Origin: Callorhinchus milii
Taxonomy: Eukaryota
Assembly (NCBI RefSeq): GCF_018977255.1
Contig: NW_024704807.1
Coordinates: forward strand, 1-64,000
Length of the DNA stretch: 64,000 bases
Direction of reading: 5' to 3'
Position numbers and translations under genes: made by a program. Positions 61,744 to 64,000 of this stretch are shown piece after piece. The notes below the pieces were generated by a model that saw only the letters and a list, made by a program, of their open reading frames with translations, searched no databases and was not told where the DNA came from. Positions within the stretch are counted from its first letter, which is position 1. The number at the start of each line of letters is the position of its first letter.

Positions 61744-62506
61744 TACATTACATTACATTCTCATAATATTCATAAGAGCGCTCCAGGCTGGGCACTCCAA
61801 AGCCCTCGGGTGGCTGAAGATATTTCTTCACCAAACTGTACTGAAGGGGTGGTCCCAAGCTGGACGAGCAGTGAGAAACCTTGCCAGATGGTGATATCAA
61901 TAGCAAGCTGTGCAGTTTTAGCTGGTTAGACTCCAGCAGTTACCCCCAACGCACGCTCTGGGGTCCCCAAGCCTTGGCTCTTGCCAACCTGCACCTAGAA
62001 CTTTCTGGAATTAGGTTCACAGGATGCATCCCTCCAGGGAGAGAGTGCGCATTTCATTCCGATAATCTATCTCTGGGATTTCCATGTGTAGGGGGGGCTG
62101 CGTGGAATTCTCAGTTCGGTTGGGATACTCTTAAGAATGGTGATGGGTTTTGGCACGTGTCGGGCACCCGGCTGACCAAAAAAAGGATATTTCCATCCAT
62201 CTATTCCTTTATCATGGCTCATTGGCTATTTGATTTCCTTTCTTCCCAAATACCAGTATCCAGTCTCTGCGTCATACAGAGCCCAACAGCATTGATACAT
62301 GTGACAGTTTGGGTAATAATAATCCCTCCAAAATAAAACAATAATAAATTGGTCATTTTCAATCTACGACTGTTTGTGGGACATTGCTGTGCGCAATTGG
62401 CTGCCGCGTTCGCCCACAAATATACAGTCAATTCACTTTACAGTCAATACTGTGAAGCGCTTTGGGACGTCCTCCCGACGTGAAAAGCGCTATATCAAAT
62501 GCAAGG

Positions 62507-62537
<31 letters not shown>

Positions 62538-62546
62538 TTATTCCAT
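61744..62546 (+). mobile_element. ~800 bp retroposon insertion with TTCCAT target-site duplication
   Basis: TTCCAT at 61738-61743 and 62541-62546; empty site at 41716-41721. The 3' part is the SINE/L2 tail plus (ATT)n. Confidence 0.8.
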
Positions 62547-64000
62547 CATCTGAGGTGACATACTTTTAGTTGTACGTTCTCTTATCTGTCAGAATGCTTT
62601 TGGTTCAGGATTCAAGTTGACAATTTGAGATCAAATTCTAGATTGAAATTCAAATCCATGAAACAATAAATCCTCATAAACTGTCATTCATGACAGCCGT
62701 TGCTCCCGTATCATAATGGAAACTAAAAGAGTAATTCGCAATTATTTTGCCAAAAGTCCTATGCGATCATTATCTTCCACGTGAACAGACAAGTCAGTAC
62801 CTCAGTCGAATAACAGTAACAAACCTTTCATTTGATAAAGCACATTATCTCGTGTTAGAGACGTCTTAAAGAGCTGCATTGAAAATATTGTAAAGTGAAT
62901 TCATGGTACGTTTTGCGTCATCCAAGAATTGAATTTTTTTTATCTTTTATTTCCAGGATTTATTACCGACCCGGAAAAGTGATACAAAATGTTGGAAGGC
63001 CGCCGGATATGCTTATCTCTTCCAAATGCTCCTCGACTTCAAAATACTCCACTTCAAATCCCCTTCTGGATTAAAGAGGACAATTTGTAAATGCTTAAAT
63101 TTAGCTGGCAGCCTTCTTTGATTTCTTGATCAGTTGGACATAAATAGTAAAGTGTCGCCCTCTGAAGGCCAATGTGCCACAATTCATCACTGCTTCATAT
63201 TTCATGGCAAACTTGAAGTAAAGCAGTGATTGTAATAATAATGTGTTGAGGTTCCCAGTGGCTTATATTACTGAGGCTCAGAGTACAGTAACACTCCCCG
63301 CTGTCAGACACTGTGAGACCACAGACACTGAAGCCCCCCCTTCCACACACCAAATCCTCGCCTCACAATTATGTTGATCTGTTCTGAGCCCCAAAGGGCC
63401 TTTTTCATTATAATACTTTACATTGCAACACAGAATTGAGCCAAACTTGCCAACGGCAATTGTACATTGTTGTACTTGCGGACTATTTAACCAGTAATAA
63501 ATAGGAATCCGTTGTTATTCGATTGGCGAACCACTTTCCGGGTTAATAATCCCTCCGAAAGTTGTTGGTCACAGCTCTACGCCAATCGACAAACTGATGA
63601 GTTCCTACTTGCTGCTATTTAAACAGAGGTGTGTGGAATAAGGAAACTTGCCCATCGTTTCCCCCACCGTGAGTCGAACCCAGGTCTCTCACTGGCGAGA
63701 TGTGTGTTCTAACAACTGAGCTACTGGACATCGCAGATATAACCTTTGAATCAATATTGGTCATATATTAGAACATTGGCATATTGAAATACAATACATT
63801 TGTTTCTCAGTCTGAAGCTTTAGGAAACCCATCGCAAGGTTATAGGGACTACAAATATTGCTACCTCCCACTTCCTCATGGAAATTACTGAAATAGTCTT
63901 TTTGAATTGAATGAGCATTCTCCTCCCTGATGAAACTATGCAGTTTAGCTAAATCCGTCAATGATTAGCCACAAGTTGGCGAGAACCAAGGCTTGAGGAC

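Noticed and set aside
61881-62336. 151-aa ORF inside the insertion.
   Set aside because: No recognisable domain; it runs into SINE sequence.
1-64000. IgH-like VH (VH-delta/TAILV), TCR constant exons or conventional FGxG J segments.
   Set aside because: I found no WVRQ-type VH frameworks, C1-set exons or 12-RSS J segments by inspection. A manual scan could miss short J segments.

Overview
Vertebrate antigen-receptor locus: part of a T-cell receptor alpha/delta V-segment array of a cartilaginous fish. NAR-TCR cassettes and CR1/L2/tRNA-SINE repeats support this; a holocephalan such as Callorhinchus is an inference. The window holds about 17 conventional TRA/TRD-type V segments (leader exon, V exon, 23-bp RSS), of which about 8 look intact. 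It also holds three complete NAR-TCR cassettes: leader + VNAR-like V (22-RSS), D (12/12-RSS), J (23-RSS), and a leaderless supporting V-delta with a CDR1 Cys. About 18 kb (~11.45-29.6 kb) recurs as an inverted copy (~42.4-60.56 kb); mirrored coordinates sum to ~72,035 and identity is patchy. The ~13 kb spacer holds a divergent third NAR-TCR cassette, two defective V genes and a decayed C2H2 zinc-finger gene near the strand-polarity switch. I found no TCR constant exon, no conventional TCR J array and no IgH-type VH. Most short ORFs in the track are repeat-derived noise. NAR-TCR is a known receptor class; any novelty here lies in its local details. Identity levels quoted are by-eye estimates.
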